Source: Eubacteriales bacterium
Lineage (GTDB): Bacteria; Bacillota; Clostridia; Oscillospirales; CAG-272
Direction: 5' to 3'
DNA length: 64,000 nucleotides
Assembly (NCBI GenBank): GCA_045635225.1
Contig: JAZRBV010000050.1
Location: forward strand, 2,427-66,426
The translations under genes and the position numbers were made by a program. A model generated the notes under the pieces. That model did no database searches. It had not been told where the DNA came from and saw only the letters and a list, made by a program, of their open reading frames with translations. Every line of letters begins with the position of its first letter. Within the stretch, counting starts at the first letter, position 1. Below are positions 17,432-27,722 of this stretch, one piece after another.

Positions 17432-18822
17432 CAGACGTAAAGAGACGGCTCGGTGCGCGACGGGGCGACGTCGATATGACGGTCGGCTCGCCTATAAAGC
17501 ATATACTCTATTTCGCCGCACCCCTTCTCGTAGGAAATATTTTTCAGCAGCTATACAATACCGTCGACGCCTGGGTCGTAGGTAACTACGTCAGCCAGGA
17601 GGCGATTGCCGCCGTCGGCTCGGTCGGACCGATCATCAACCTGCTCGTCGGACTGTTTATGGGATTTTCGATGGGCGCGGGCGTTATCATATCGCAGTAC
17701 TACGGCAGGGGTGACCTCCCCGCCGTGCGCCGCACCGTCACCGTTGCTATGGTCTCGTCGGTGATCCTCTGCATAGCAGTTACAGCCGTCGGTATCCTTA
17801 TGGCACCCACGATGCTCCGACTTATGAAAACTCCCGACGACGTCCTCCCGGTATCCACCGAATATCTCACGATATACTTCTCCGGTGTCAGCGGACTGAT
17901 GATCTATAATATCGGCTCGGGCATTCTGCGTGCCGTAGGCGACTCGAAGCGACCATTCTATTATCTCGTCGTCTCGGCTGTTATCAACACGGTGCTCGAC
18001 CTCTATTTCGTCATCGGACTCGATATGGGCGTCGCGGGCGTTGCGATCGCAACCGTTATCGCTCAGGGCGTCTCGGCACTTCTCGTCGTTATTACTCTTC
18101 TCGTTACCCGCTCGGCGGTGCGTCTTGATCTTTCCGACGTGCGCGGCGTCGTGGCCGCCCCTCGCGAGAGCCTCTCGACACTCGCCGAGATATGCAGGGT
18201 AGGACTCCCCTCGGCGATACAGCTCGCCCTCACGTCCTTCTCGAACATCTTCGTTCAGTCCTATATCAACAACTTCGGTAAGGAGTTTATGTCGGCGTGG
18301 ACGGCGTACTCGAAGATAGATCAGTTCATCCTCCTGCCTATGCAGTCGATCTCGGTTGCCTCGACTACCTTCGTCGGACAGAACCTCGGTGCGGGAAACG
18401 TCGAGCGTGCAAAGGGCGGTGTGCGCACATCGCTTTACCTCGGACTCATCGGTACGACGGTCATTATGCTGCCGATCATGATATTTGCACCCTCGCTCGT
18501 CGCCTTCTTTATCGACGAGCCTACAGCCCTCGGTGCCGGAGCCGTGCTTCTCCGACTCATCTCGCCCTTCTACCTCACCTGGTGCGTTTATCAGATGTTT
18601 GCGGGAGCGCTCCGCGGCTCGGGCAACACCCGCGCGGTGATGATCATCTCGCTCTCTACCTTCGTCGCATTCAGACAGGTCTATCTCTTCGCCGCATCGT
18701 CAATATTCCCGGGCAACGAGTGGGCGATCGCGCTCGCATATCCGATAGGCTGGCTTGCCGCCGCATTAGTGGTATGTATCTACTACCGCCGTTGCGATCT
18801 CACTCGCCATATAGCGCGTTAG
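17428..18822 (+). CDS. MATE-family efflux transporter
   Basis: 464 aa with 12 predicted hydrophobic segments. The N-terminal signature is PLLVGNIFQQLYNTVDAWVVG. The start overlaps the upstream stop (ATGA). Confidence 0.85.
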   Translation: MTDVKRRLGARRGDVDMTVGSPIKHILYFAAPLLVGNIFQQLYNTVDAWVVGNYVSQEAIAAVGSVGPIINLLVGLFMGFSMGAGVIISQYYGRGDLPAVRRTVTVAMVSSVILCIAVTAVGILMAPTMLRLMKTPDDVLPVSTEYLTIYFSGVSGLMIYNIGSGILRAVGDSKRPFYYLVVSAVINTVLDLYFVIGLDMGVAGVAIATVIAQGVSALLVVITLLVTRSAVRLDLSDVRGVVAAPRESLSTLAEICRVGLPSAIQLALTSFSNIFVQSYINNFGKEFMSAWTAYSKIDQFILLPMQSISVASTTFVGQNLGAGNVERAKGGVRTSLYLGLIGTTVIMLPIMIFAPSLVAFFIDEPTALGAGAVLLRLISPFYLTWCVYQMFAGALRGSGNTRAVMIISLSTFVAFRQVYLFAASSIFPGNEWAIALAYPIGWLAAALVVCIYYRRCDLTRHIAR

Positions 18823-18889
18823 CGCACTAAAATAAGATATCACCGCAAGCCGTACTGCCCGTGGTCGGGAGTGCCTCGCGGTGATATTT

Positions 18890-20671
18890 TTATGCGTTTT
18901 TGTTCTCAGTTCTGTACGTCAGAGGAATACCGTATTCGCTCTCGTATATGTTCCTCCATACCGCAAAATTTCTCTCCGCAAGATCTGCTATCGCATCCTT
19001 ATAGGAGAGGTCGGCTCTCGGATATAGCGGCTTGGAGATATGGATCGTATATTCCTCGATGGGATATCCGTCCTCTCCTATTCTGTCGCTGTCGCGCATC
19101 GTTATGAATATCGGCAGGACGGGGAGACCGTTTTTGACCGAGAATCGGTATGCACCCGGCTTCAGCGGCTTCGGCTTGCGATAGTTATGCCACATGCTCT
19201 GCTCGGGGTATACGAGGACGAAATGTCCCTCCTTTAGCAGCTTGTCCGTCGCTCTTACCATCTTCTGCATAGTGCGTGGGTGCGAGGAGAGGGGCAGGGT
19301 ATAGAAGTTGCGCATCAGATATCCGTAAAAGCCGCCGAAGGACGTGTAGTTGCCCTCGCGTATAACGCGGTAGAGGCGGCGCTCCCGATGACCCGATTCG
19401 AGATAGGCGCGATGTATCGCAAAGGTGTCGAACGGATTGAAGTGATTTGCACATAATACGGCACCCGTGTCGAGTTTTTCGAGGTTATCAAGTCCGCGGA
19501 TATCCTTTATTACCATCAGTCCGCGCTTCTCGATATAGTGGAGAAATTTCTTTGCTCTGCGGTATGCGATATAGGTCTTGAGCTTCGACGTGGGAGACGT
19601 GCGCAGATAGTCTATCTCGTCCGGGAGCAACTGCTTTGTCGGCGGATCGTTTTCTACGTCAAGATCGAATTCGCCCAGTCTCTCGCGCTCCTCTATGAGT
19701 GCTGCGACCCTCACTCTCTCGGGGTCTCTTTTTTTATTGAGACGCGCAAGATAGTTGTCGGGGCGCGCGATTTCTGCACGCGCCAGCTCTGCGAGCGACT
19801 CGCCGCAAGCTCTGTCGGCATCGAGCTGCTCGGGGGTGTATTCCTCGACCTCTTGGCGCAGTTTTTCATACACGGGGGTAGAGATAGCGCTCTCCCAGAA
19901 TATATTCGCACATACGGCGCTCTCGCTGCGCCAGGGCTTGTTCGCCATAATGAAGTGGACGATATACGCCTCCTCCGTGCCGTATGGGTGCTCGATACCC
20001 TCGGTCACCTCGGTGTTCCAACGGCCGTCGAGAAAATAGGTGCGATCCTTGCAGATCACGTTGAGATAGTCCTCGTCCTGCGTCACGACGAAATCGTATT
20101 CACCGAGGAGCGCGACGAATTTCTCGAGCACGCGCCGCTCGCGCCACGCCCTCGAATTTATGAGCAACAGTCCCGCATTGAAGTAGACCTCTCGCGGTAT
20201 GCCGAGAACTCGCTCCGCATACTCTCCGTACACCTCCATCTGCAGCATCACCTGCTCGTGTGACGCACCGACGAGCGCATCGCCTATGTCGGTGTCGTAT
20301 AACTCTGCTACGTCGCGTCTTACTACCGTGTCGGCGTCTATGTATATCGCCTTATCGTACTGTGGAAACATATCCGCGATGAAGAGACGGTAATAGGTAG
20401 TGCGGGTGTAGTAGTCGCGTATCGGCAGTTTTTTGGAGATGCCGGCGAGGTATTCCGATACGTCGGAGAAGGATATACGGAAGTTATCGGTCTGCATCTC
20501 GGTAACGGTAGCCATCGTCACGTCGGTGATACCCGTGTGAAGAATATGCACGTCGTAGCTTCTTTCGCTTGAAGCGGTCTTTATCATAGATGCGATCGAC
20601 ACGATCGCGTATTTTGCAAAATTGTCGTCAAAGGCGTAGAACACACGTACGGTATCTTTTTTCATTTTCAT
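18890..20671 (-). CDS. Fusion protein: GT8 glycosyltransferase (N) + PlsC-type acyltransferase (C)
   Basis: The N-terminal part carries IYIDADTVV (DxD), NAGLLLINS and TQDEDYLN, indicating GT8. The C-terminal part carries CANHFNPFD (HxxxxD) and VYPEQSMW, which are lysophospholipid acyltransferase motifs. Confidence 0.85.
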   Translation of the reverse strand: MKMKKDTVRVFYAFDDNFAKYAIVSIASMIKTASSERSYDVHILHTGITDVTMATVTEMQTDNFRISFSDVSEYLAGISKKLPIRDYYTRTTYYRLFIADMFPQYDKAIYIDADTVVRRDVAELYDTDIGDALVGASHEQVMLQMEVYGEYAERVLGIPREVYFNAGLLLINSRAWRERRVLEKFVALLGEYDFVVTQDEDYLNVICKDRTYFLDGRWNTEVTEGIEHPYGTEEAYIVHFIMANKPWRSESAVCANIFWESAISTPVYEKLRQEVEEYTPEQLDADRACGESLAELARAEIARPDNYLARLNKKRDPERVRVAALIEERERLGEFDLDVENDPPTKQLLPDEIDYLRTSPTSKLKTYIAYRRAKKFLHYIEKRGLMVIKDIRGLDNLEKLDTGAVLCANHFNPFDTFAIHRAYLESGHRERRLYRVIREGNYTSFGGFYGYLMRNFYTLPLSSHPRTMQKMVRATDKLLKEGHFVLVYPEQSMWHNYRKPKPLKPGAYRFSVKNGLPVLPIFITMRDSDRIGEDGYPIEEYTIHISKPLYPRADLSYKDAIADLAERNFAVWRNIYESEYGIPLTYRTENKNA

Positions 20672-21522
20672 TTCCTTTCGTTTTTAAGGGTCTTGCACTC
20701 CCGTGCAAATTTTTCGCCTAGATAGATGTATTCGTAGAGCACGTCGTCAAAAGAATAGTAGCCGAATATCTTGTGTATGCGGCTGACCTGCCATTGCTTC
20801 ACGTTTTCGGTGTGTGGATACGGGAGGTAGAAGAGCCTCTTCGAGAAGTGGCGGACGACGGTATTTTTGTAGAGAAATTTCTGATCGTTATAGCGTTGAG
20901 GGAGTATTCTGCAGCTCGCCGTCGAGCGGATTATTGCACTCTGATCGGCAAAGACGAGCTTCCTCTTGCGAATCAGCTCGCGCGCCTTATGTAGGAGCCC
21001 TGTCTCGCGCATTTTTTTCATATTGAAGAGCAACACTCCCGCGTTTATGTAATTCGGCTTCACGAGGAATTTTCCGTAGTGATCGCGTGCCGCCGCGTAC
21101 TCGTAGCCCTCGACGTCAAGGTCGTAGAGCAGATGCACGTCGCGGTTGAAGAGCAGGTCGCAGTCGAGATAGAGCAGCTTATCCGGCATCGCGGGAACAA
21201 GGTCGGCGAGCAGTCTTATCAGCGTGTAGGGGGAGCAGTAGGCGTCCTCGTTGGGACATCCGGAGAAGTGCTGTGCGTAGAGGTCGGTTACGTCGATCTT
21301 CTCGACACGGCTATCCCCTTGATAGCTCTTCACCACTCGGTCGAGCATCTCTGTTGCCTCGTCGGAGATCGGCGTATATTTCGCATCGAGATGCGATACG
21401 TCCATGGTGAATATATAGAAATGAAACGGCTCGTCGAGCCTTGAGCGCTTAAGTATCGAGAGTGTCGCCGTGAGCACTCCGTCGAGCACTCCCGAATTAC
21501 CGCAGAAGAGTATATTGATCAT
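20668..21522 (-). CDS. GT8-family glycosyltransferase
   Basis: LYLDCDLLF (DxD) and NAGVLLFNM are present. There is a 4-nt overlap with the downstream gene. Confidence 0.8.
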   Translation of the reverse strand: MINILFCGNSGVLDGVLTATLSILKRSRLDEPFHFYIFTMDVSHLDAKYTPISDEATEMLDRVVKSYQGDSRVEKIDVTDLYAQHFSGCPNEDAYCSPYTLIRLLADLVPAMPDKLLYLDCDLLFNRDVHLLYDLDVEGYEYAAARDHYGKFLVKPNYINAGVLLFNMKKMRETGLLHKARELIRKRKLVFADQSAIIRSTASCRILPQRYNDQKFLYKNTVVRHFSKRLFYLPYPHTENVKQWQVSRIHKIFGYYSFDDVLYEYIYLGEKFARECKTLKNERK

Positions 21523-21547
21523 TTTGAGTATTTCCTTTTTACGCTTT

Positions 21548-22336
21548 TTACATATTTGATATATTCGCAGTTTTCACGTATTTGATGTATTCGCAGTCTG
21601 ATAGTGAGGCGCGCTCGCGCATTTTCTCCTTGATCCTCTCACAGAGATCGCGGCGTCTATCTCGGTAGGGGAGCCTGCCGTCGGGGAGAAAGGGACCGTC
21701 CACGTAGGTGACGATCCGCGGCTTCTCCCTGCCGCGACGCCTCATATACACGTTCGTGAAGCAGAAGGATGGGACGTCGAGCTTTACGGGATAGTAGAAT
21801 GAGCTGTCGGAAAAATCGCGTATACGGTTATACCACGGCCATATATGCGCCTCGGGGTAGATGACCACGGCGGCACCCTCGCGTATGCGTCGCTCTATCG
21901 CCGCACAGAAATTGCGTTGTGCCACTCGCGTAGACGGTAGTGGGAGTGCTCCGAGCGACGGCGTTATCGGTCCGACGACGTGCGCTGAGAGATTGCTCGG
22001 ATGGACGACCGTATACTTTTCCTTGCGCGCCCATATCATATGCGGCATCAGGGCGTCGCCGATAGACTGGGTGTGATTTCCGAACATAAAAAAGCCTTCG
22101 TCAAGATACGGCTCCATCACCTCGGCGTTTACTATCCGCTGACCGAGCACCGATCTCGTGTATAGGAACGCAAGCGGCGTTGCAATGACCCTGTACCAGA
22201 AAACGTGGGTGAAACGCTTCCACGAACCGTCGCGGCAGTACTCGTATCCGTCACCTATATAATGCGGCTCGAGCACCTGCTCGGAGAATTCGTCGGTGAG
22301 CTCGTTTTCGTAGTATATTATCCTCTCACTCTTCAT
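21548..22336 (-). CDS. PlsC-family acyltransferase
   Basis: The start was moved to ATG 22336 (GGGAGG RBS). Motifs FGNHTQSIGD (HxxxxD) and IYPEAHIW are present. Confidence 0.75.
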   Translation of the reverse strand: MKSERIIYYENELTDEFSEQVLEPHYIGDGYEYCRDGSWKRFTHVFWYRVIATPLAFLYTRSVLGQRIVNAEVMEPYLDEGFFMFGNHTQSIGDALMPHMIWARKEKYTVVHPSNLSAHVVGPITPSLGALPLPSTRVAQRNFCAAIERRIREGAAVVIYPEAHIWPWYNRIRDFSDSSFYYPVKLDVPSFCFTNVYMRRRGREKPRIVTYVDGPFLPDGRLPYRDRRRDLCERIKEKMRERASLSDCEYIKYVKTANISNM

Positions 22337-22500
22337 CGTAGTGACCTCCCGTGTGCTTATTGTCTGTCCGTCGAAGATTATATAACACGCAATACCGAAA
22401 ATGCAAGGAACTGCTTTTTCTCGCGCTCTAAAGACACGGGACGACAGGTGAAAAAATGTAGAAATGGCACTCCACAAATTGTGGATATGCGAAAAAACAC

Positions 22501-22529
22501 TTGACAAACGTGTACTGTAATGCTATAAT
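22501..22529 (+). promoter_or_regulatory. Consensus SigA promoter of the XRE regulator
   Basis: TTGACA, 17 nt, TATAAT. Confidence 0.55.
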
Positions 22530-22560
22530 TTTTATATAAAATAAAAGCAAATCTGCACGA

Positions 22561-22578
22561 TGTAAATAATTGTTTACA
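22561..22578. promoter_or_regulatory. Candidate operator palindrome
   Basis: TGTAAA-TAATTG-TTTACA lies just downstream of the promoter, a typical position for XRE autoregulation. Confidence 0.35.
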
Positions 22579-22685
22579 TTAAAATGTTAACTGTTGTTCA
22601 CATTTAACGATATGCCTTATCCACCGACTCTGTCCCCCGCTTCGTCGGGCAGTGCGTGTGCACTTTTTCGCAATGCGAGTGAAAA

Positions 22686-23303
22686 ATGACAAAAAATGCA
22701 AAGGACGTGGAAAAAATGAAGGACGTAAAATCAATTGTAAGTAAAAATCTCGTGGCTCTCCGTAAGAAAAAGGAGATCACTCAGGCGAGCCTCGCCACAA
22801 GATTCAATTATTCCGACAAGGCGGTGTGCCGTTGGGAGAGCGGTGAGACGCTACCCGATATCAACGTGCTGTACGCTCTCGCCGAGTTTTACGGCGTGAC
22901 TATGAACGATCTCGTCGATCCGGACTTTTCTGCCGATGGGTCTATGGCACGTGAACGCTACGCGCGCCGCTATAAGATATGGATGTGCCTCTTGCTCGCG
23001 AGTACTGTGTGGATATTCGCCACGGTGGTGTTCGCCTTCACCTCGGCACAGTACTGGCTGGCGTTTGTAACCGCCGTTCCGATCACCTGCATCATCATCC
23101 ACGCGACGATGCGCGACAGACTCGGTATGGTAGGTAAGATCATAGTCTCGTCATTTCTGTCCTGGTCTACGATCACGGTCCTGTATCTTCACGGACTGGT
23201 ATATCTCGACAGCAACGCTTGGTATCTGTTTATTGTCGGTGCGCCGCTACAGATGTTCGTTATACAGTATTTCGGTGTAAAGCGCTATAAGGATAAAATA
23301 TAA
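22686..23303 (+). CDS. XRE-family HTH regulator with a C-terminal multi-TM domain
   Basis: The HTH is LRKKKEITQASLATRFNYSDKAVCRWESGETLPDINVLYALAEFYGV, followed by four hydrophobic helices. The start could be 22686 or 22716. Confidence 0.8.
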   Translation: MTKNAKDVEKMKDVKSIVSKNLVALRKKKEITQASLATRFNYSDKAVCRWESGETLPDINVLYALAEFYGVTMNDLVDPDFSADGSMARERYARRYKIWMCLLLASTVWIFATVVFAFTSAQYWLAFVTAVPITCIIIHATMRDRLGMVGKIIVSSFLSWSTITVLYLHGLVYLDSNAWYLFIVGAPLQMFVIQYFGVKRYKDKI

Positions 23304-23313
23304 AGGAAGAGCT

Positions 23314-24123
23314 ATGGCACTTAACGACTTTTCGGGATATAGCGGCTATGAGCCGATACTGATGGATTGTACCGTGGAGAACGTCGCACCTGGAGCGCGT
23401 GCGAGAGTTTCGGTCAACAGATCAAGATACATTATCGAATGCAACGAGGATGGCTACGGCACCGTTACCGTCAACGGCAGGCTCATTGAGATCGCACCTC
23501 GCACCTGCTACGTTGTACACGCGGGAGCCAGCGCCCTCTACACCTCGGATTCAGAGCGACCGAGGCGGGGAATATTCGCATCGATCGCCGGCGTGAGGGT
23601 AGAGCAGATACTGGCGCACGCAGGTATAACTACCGAGTCTCCGATGATCTCATCCGAGCATTACGATGAGGTGCGTCGGATACTCTACGAGATGTACTCA
23701 ATGCGTACCGAACGCGACGGCGGAGCTGAATTTCGTCGCACGGGTCTCGTCTATGAGCTTCTCGGAGTCATCTCGAGCGATTCCGTCGCTTCCGATAGCG
23801 AAACATGGGTCAGACGCGCGATCGGCGTATTTGAGACCGTATACAACACTCCCGTGACAGTCGGAGATATCGCGGAGCTCGTCGGCTACGAGCGCACGTA
23901 TTTTTCTACTGCGTTTAAGGAGCATACCGGTATGAGTCCCTACGAATATCTCACCGCTTTGCGTATAGATAAGGCGTGCCTTCTGCTCGCCGAGGGTACG
24001 TCCGTCGGCGATACCGCCCTGAGTGTGGGACTCGATCCGCGAAATTTCGCTCGCGTGTTCAGCGAGGTGAAGGGGATCTCTCCATCGGAATATAAAAAGC
24101 AGATGGGCAAGAGTAGTAAGTGA
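23314..24123 (+). CDS. AraC-family transcriptional regulator
   Basis: The C-terminal HTH pair is VGDIAELVGYERTYFSTAFKEHTGMSPYEYL...FARVFSEVKGISPSEYKK. Confidence 0.85.
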   Translation: MALNDFSGYSGYEPILMDCTVENVAPGARARVSVNRSRYIIECNEDGYGTVTVNGRLIEIAPRTCYVVHAGASALYTSDSERPRRGIFASIAGVRVEQILAHAGITTESPMISSEHYDEVRRILYEMYSMRTERDGGAEFRRTGLVYELLGVISSDSVASDSETWVRRAIGVFETVYNTPVTVGDIAELVGYERTYFSTAFKEHTGMSPYEYLTALRIDKACLLLAEGTSVGDTALSVGLDPRNFARVFSEVKGISPSEYKKQMGKSSK

Positions 24124-24170
24124 TAATTAAGCCAACTATAATTTCGGTGCGCGGCACCGCGGAGAAAAAT

Positions 24171-25040
24171 ATGTACAAGATAGTAAAGAAAAAAAGCCTC
24201 AATCCCACCGTTACGATGATGGAGATCGAGGCACCGCTCGTCGCACGTGCGGCAGAGGCGGGTCAGTTCATTATTTTGCGTGTCGACGAGGAGGGAGAGA
24301 GAATTCCTCTCACTGTTGCCGGCTACGACAGAGAGGCAGGTACCGTCCGCATTATATTCCAGATAGTCGGTGCGACGACCTATCAGCTTAACGAAAAAAA
24401 TGAGGGCGAGTATATCAGCGACTTCGCAGGTCCTCTCGGACTCCCCACCGATACCGAGGGGCTCACCGACGTCTGTATCGTCGGCGGAGGTGTCGGCTGT
24501 GCGATAGCACTCCCCATTGCGGAGAAGCTCCATTCGCTCGGCTGTCGTGTCACCGCTATCATCGGCTTCCGTACAAAGGATCTCGTGATACTCGAGGATG
24601 AGTTCCGCGCCGCCTCCGACGAGCTGACGGTTATGACCGACGATGGCTCTTACGCTCGCCGAGGCAACGTATGTCTGCCTCTCGAGGAGCTTTTCGCCGC
24701 CGGCAGACGGTTTGATAAGGTGATCACGATCGGTCCCCTCATTATGATGAAATTCGTCGTAAATTCGACACGCCCCACGGGTATCCCCTGTGACGTGTCT
24801 ATGAATCCGATAATGATAGACGGTACCGGAATGTGCGGCGGCTGTCGTCTCACACTCCTGCATGACGGTAAGCGCGTGACTAAATTCGCCTGCGTTGACG
24901 GTCCCGATTTCAACGGCTACGAGGTCGATTTCGACGAGGCTATCTCGCGCGGATCTATGTACCGCGACTTTGAGCGCCACGCATACGAGACGACCTGCAA
25001 TCTCTTTAAAAAGGGGGAGAGAAGTGATGGCAAAGGCTAA
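24171..25040 (+). CDS. nfnA: NfnA-type subunit (PyrK-like FAD/NAD-binding, [2Fe-2S])
   Basis: The start was moved to ATG 24171 (GGAGA RBS). The protein begins MYKIVKKKSLNPTVTMMEIEAPLVA...GQFIILR and has the Cys cluster GMCGGCRL...FACVDGP. Confidence 0.8.
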   Translation: MYKIVKKKSLNPTVTMMEIEAPLVARAAEAGQFIILRVDEEGERIPLTVAGYDREAGTVRIIFQIVGATTYQLNEKNEGEYISDFAGPLGLPTDTEGLTDVCIVGGGVGCAIALPIAEKLHSLGCRVTAIIGFRTKDLVILEDEFRAASDELTVMTDDGSYARRGNVCLPLEELFAAGRRFDKVITIGPLIMMKFVVNSTRPTGIPCDVSMNPIMIDGTGMCGGCRLTLLHDGKRVTKFACVDGPDFNGYEVDFDEAISRGSMYRDFERHAYETTCNLFKKGERSDGKG

Positions 25041-26445
25041 TATGTCACCTAAGAGAAATCCAATGCCCACACAGGATGCTCTTGCCCGCGCTCGCAACTT
25101 CTACGAGGTAGCGATCGGCTACGACGAGGCGACTGCCATCGACGAGGCACTCCGTTGCCTCGGCTGTAAGAATATGCCCTGCGTTTCGGGCTGTCCCGTA
25201 AATATACGTATCCCCGAGTTTATTGAAAGGATCAAGGAGGGCGACTTCGAGGGTGCTTACTCCGTGATATCCGAGTCCTCGTCGCTTCCCGCCGTTTGTG
25301 GCAGAGTCTGTCCACAGGAGACACAGTGCGAGGGCAGGTGCGTCAGAGGCATCAAGGGCGAGAGCGTCGGTATCGGCAGGCTCGAGCGCTTTGTTGCCGA
25401 CTGGCATAATGCACATAGTAGCTTACCCCCCACCCGTGTCGAGAAAAACGGACATAAGGTAGCCGTAGTAGGCTCGGGTCCCTCGGGTCTTACCTGTGCG
25501 GGAGACCTCGCGCGTCTCGGCTTTGAGGTAACCGTTTTTGAGGCTCTGCACACAGCGGGCGGCGTGCTGGTCTACGGCATTCCCGAGTTCCGACTGCCGA
25601 AGAGCATAGTAAAAAAAGAGGTTGATCAGCTCACCGCGATGGGCGTTGAGATCCTGACCAACGTTATAATAGGTAAAACTCTCACCGTCGATCAGCTCTT
25701 TGAGATGGGCTATGAGGCGGTATACATCGGCTCGGGCGCGGGTCTGCCGAGCTTTATGGGAATTCCCGGCGAGTCGCTCAAGGGTGTTTACTCCGCAAAC
25801 GAATTTCTCACCCGCTCCAATCTCATGAAGGCGTATCGCACCGACCCCGTAACCCCGATCATGAAGGGCGGCAGAGTTGCCGTTGTCGGCGGCGGTAACG
25901 TTGCGATGGACGCCGCTCGCACCGCTCTCCGTCTCGGAGCAGAGAAGGTGTATATAGTCTATCGCCGCTCGATGGAGGAGCTTCCCGCACGCCGCGAGGA
26001 GGTCGAGCACGCCATCGAGGAGGGCATCGAGATGATGCTCCTCACCAACCCGACCGAGATCCTCGGCTACGAGAATCCCGACGATAGGCGCGATCCGTGT
26101 AACGGCTTTGTCACCGGAATGTGTTGCATCAAAATGGAGCTCGGTGAGCCCGACGAGCGCGGTCGCCGCCGTCCCGTCGAGATCGCAGGCAGTGAATTCA
26201 CACTCGACGTAGACACTGTCGTAATGTCGATCGGCACTACTCCAAACCCGCTGATCAAGTCTACAACAGCAGGACTCGAGGTCAACTCCCGAGGCGGTAT
26301 CATCGTCACCGATAACGGTGCCACCTCACGCGAGGGCGTCTTTGCCGGTGGCGACGCAGTTACGGGTGCCGCAACGGTCATCTCGGCTATGGGCGCAGGT
26401 AAGCTTGCCGCAAAGGGAATAGCAGATAAGCTGCTGAATGCATAA
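25027..26445 (+). CDS. nfnB: NfnB-type subunit (GltD-like NADPH-dependent oxidoreductase)
   Basis: The start was moved to ATG 25027, which overlaps the nfnA end. Two Fe-S Cys motifs are present (CLGCKNMPCVSGCPV; CGRVCPQETQCEGRC), along with Rossmann motifs VAVVGSGPSGLTCA and VAVVGGGNVAMD. Confidence 0.85.
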   Translation: MAKANMSPKRNPMPTQDALARARNFYEVAIGYDEATAIDEALRCLGCKNMPCVSGCPVNIRIPEFIERIKEGDFEGAYSVISESSSLPAVCGRVCPQETQCEGRCVRGIKGESVGIGRLERFVADWHNAHSSLPPTRVEKNGHKVAVVGSGPSGLTCAGDLARLGFEVTVFEALHTAGGVLVYGIPEFRLPKSIVKKEVDQLTAMGVEILTNVIIGKTLTVDQLFEMGYEAVYIGSGAGLPSFMGIPGESLKGVYSANEFLTRSNLMKAYRTDPVTPIMKGGRVAVVGGGNVAMDAARTALRLGAEKVYIVYRRSMEELPARREEVEHAIEEGIEMMLLTNPTEILGYENPDDRRDPCNGFVTGMCCIKMELGEPDERGRRRPVEIAGSEFTLDVDTVVMSIGTTPNPLIKSTTAGLEVNSRGGIIVTDNGATSREGVFAGGDAVTGAATVISAMGAGKLAAKGIADKLLNA

Positions 26446-26582
26446 CGAAGGATTCGAAACGATATAATAGCGAAAAAAGAACCGCTGACGGCTGTCAACG
26501 GTTCTTTTTCTTGTTCAAGTCCGCGATGCGGCATATCACGTCGGTGTTGCCGACCTTATAACGTTATGCTGCACTTAGGATA

Positions 26583-27146
26583 TCACGTCCGGGGATCTTC
26601 GCCATTCTCCGCGAGGCATATTTCCCGATATTTCCGTGTCATATATTCCTTGTTCAACACGTATCCCTCGCCGTGTGCCTCGACGTCAATAAACGCCTCC
26701 TCGATGAATCGCATCGTTTTCGGGTTTCCGTCGACCTTGCAGCCGTATTTTCTCCAGTGAGCGAGAGGCAGATCGGTTGAATAATTCTTGCCTGCATAGA
26801 CACGCGTTGCGGCGAGCTTGTCACAGATGCACTCGACGGCGTACTTGTACGGCATCATTGGCGTCACGGGGCAATCACCGTCGAGCCAATACTCGATATG
26901 ATGCTTGTTTCTGCCCTTGTGGTGAAGCCACGCGTGGCTCACACCGCGCTCGCGGCGGCAGACACCGATAGGCGAGCGGTAGCCGGTGTAATATTTTACG
27001 CTCTCGAAAAGCTCGGTCGGCGAGAATTTCGACAGATCATGCACGATGCCGCGCCAGACGAGGCCGCATTTCAGACAGTTGATGAAAACACGGTGCTTGT
27101 GGCGTAGTACCAGCGCTATATGAGCAAAAAAGTTCTTTATCAGCAT
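26583..27146 (-). CDS. DUF5662-like protein
   Basis: 187 aa. The His-rich pattern HDLSKF...HHKGRNKHHIEYW resembles the family as I recall it. Confidence 0.6.
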   Translation of the reverse strand: MLIKNFFAHIALVLRHKHRVFINCLKCGLVWRGIVHDLSKFSPTELFESVKYYTGYRSPIGVCRRERGVSHAWLHHKGRNKHHIEYWLDGDCPVTPMMPYKYAVECICDKLAATRVYAGKNYSTDLPLAHWRKYGCKVDGNPKTMRFIEEAFIDVEAHGEGYVLNKEYMTRKYREICLAENGEDPRT

Positions 27147-27327
27147 AGGAAAACCTCGTATCTTAGTCCTATCAGTATACCCTATTTTCCGTAATTTGTC
27201 AAGTGGAGGAGGGCACTATTACCAAAAATTAAAAATAATTAAAAGCTATTGACAAGCTGAAAAAATAATTATAAAATATTAGTGTGACCGACATTTTCGG
27301 CAAAGACAGAAAAAGGAGAAAACAACT

Positions 27328-27672
27328 ATGAAAAAGGTAATATCCGCCGTACTTCTCGTAGCACTTCTTGCGTGCTCCGTATTTGCACTTGCATCCTGTG
27401 GCATCTCCGGCACGTACAAGAATGATCTTTACACCCTTGATTTCTCGGGTGACGAGGTAGAGATCGTAGCGAAGTCTGGTGCACTTTCCCTCAACTATAC
27501 CGCAAGCTACGAGCTCGGTGAGAACGAGGATGGCGAACAGACTATCACCTTCACTTATGCTGAGGGTGCTGATAAGAGCCTGGTCTTCAACGGCACTATG
27601 AAGTATAACGAGGGCGAGGATAACGACGGCAAGTACATCGAGCTCGGCGTTATTAGGCTCTACAAGGATTAA
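27328..27672 (+). CDS. Small lipoprotein
   Basis: RBS AAAGGAGA. Signal peptide with lipobox (LLVALLACSVFALASC). Confidence 0.75.
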   Translation: MKKVISAVLLVALLACSVFALASCGISGTYKNDLYTLDFSGDEVEIVAKSGALSLNYTASYELGENEDGEQTITFTYAEGADKSLVFNGTMKYNEGEDNDGKYIELGVIRLYKD

Positions 27673-27722
27673 TAATACAAAAAAGAGACTCGGCGGCGTA
27701 CCTGCCATAGAGCAGGTACGCA

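Noticed and set aside
24895-25026. An N-terminal 44-aa extension of nfnB in the track ORF, and similar extensions at 24120, 16625, 21548-22507, 57742, 60182, 50624, 12375 and 3997.
   Set aside because: The upstream parts overlap the preceding gene or lack an RBS. Internal starts with good Shine-Dalgarno sequences give N-termini typical of the families.
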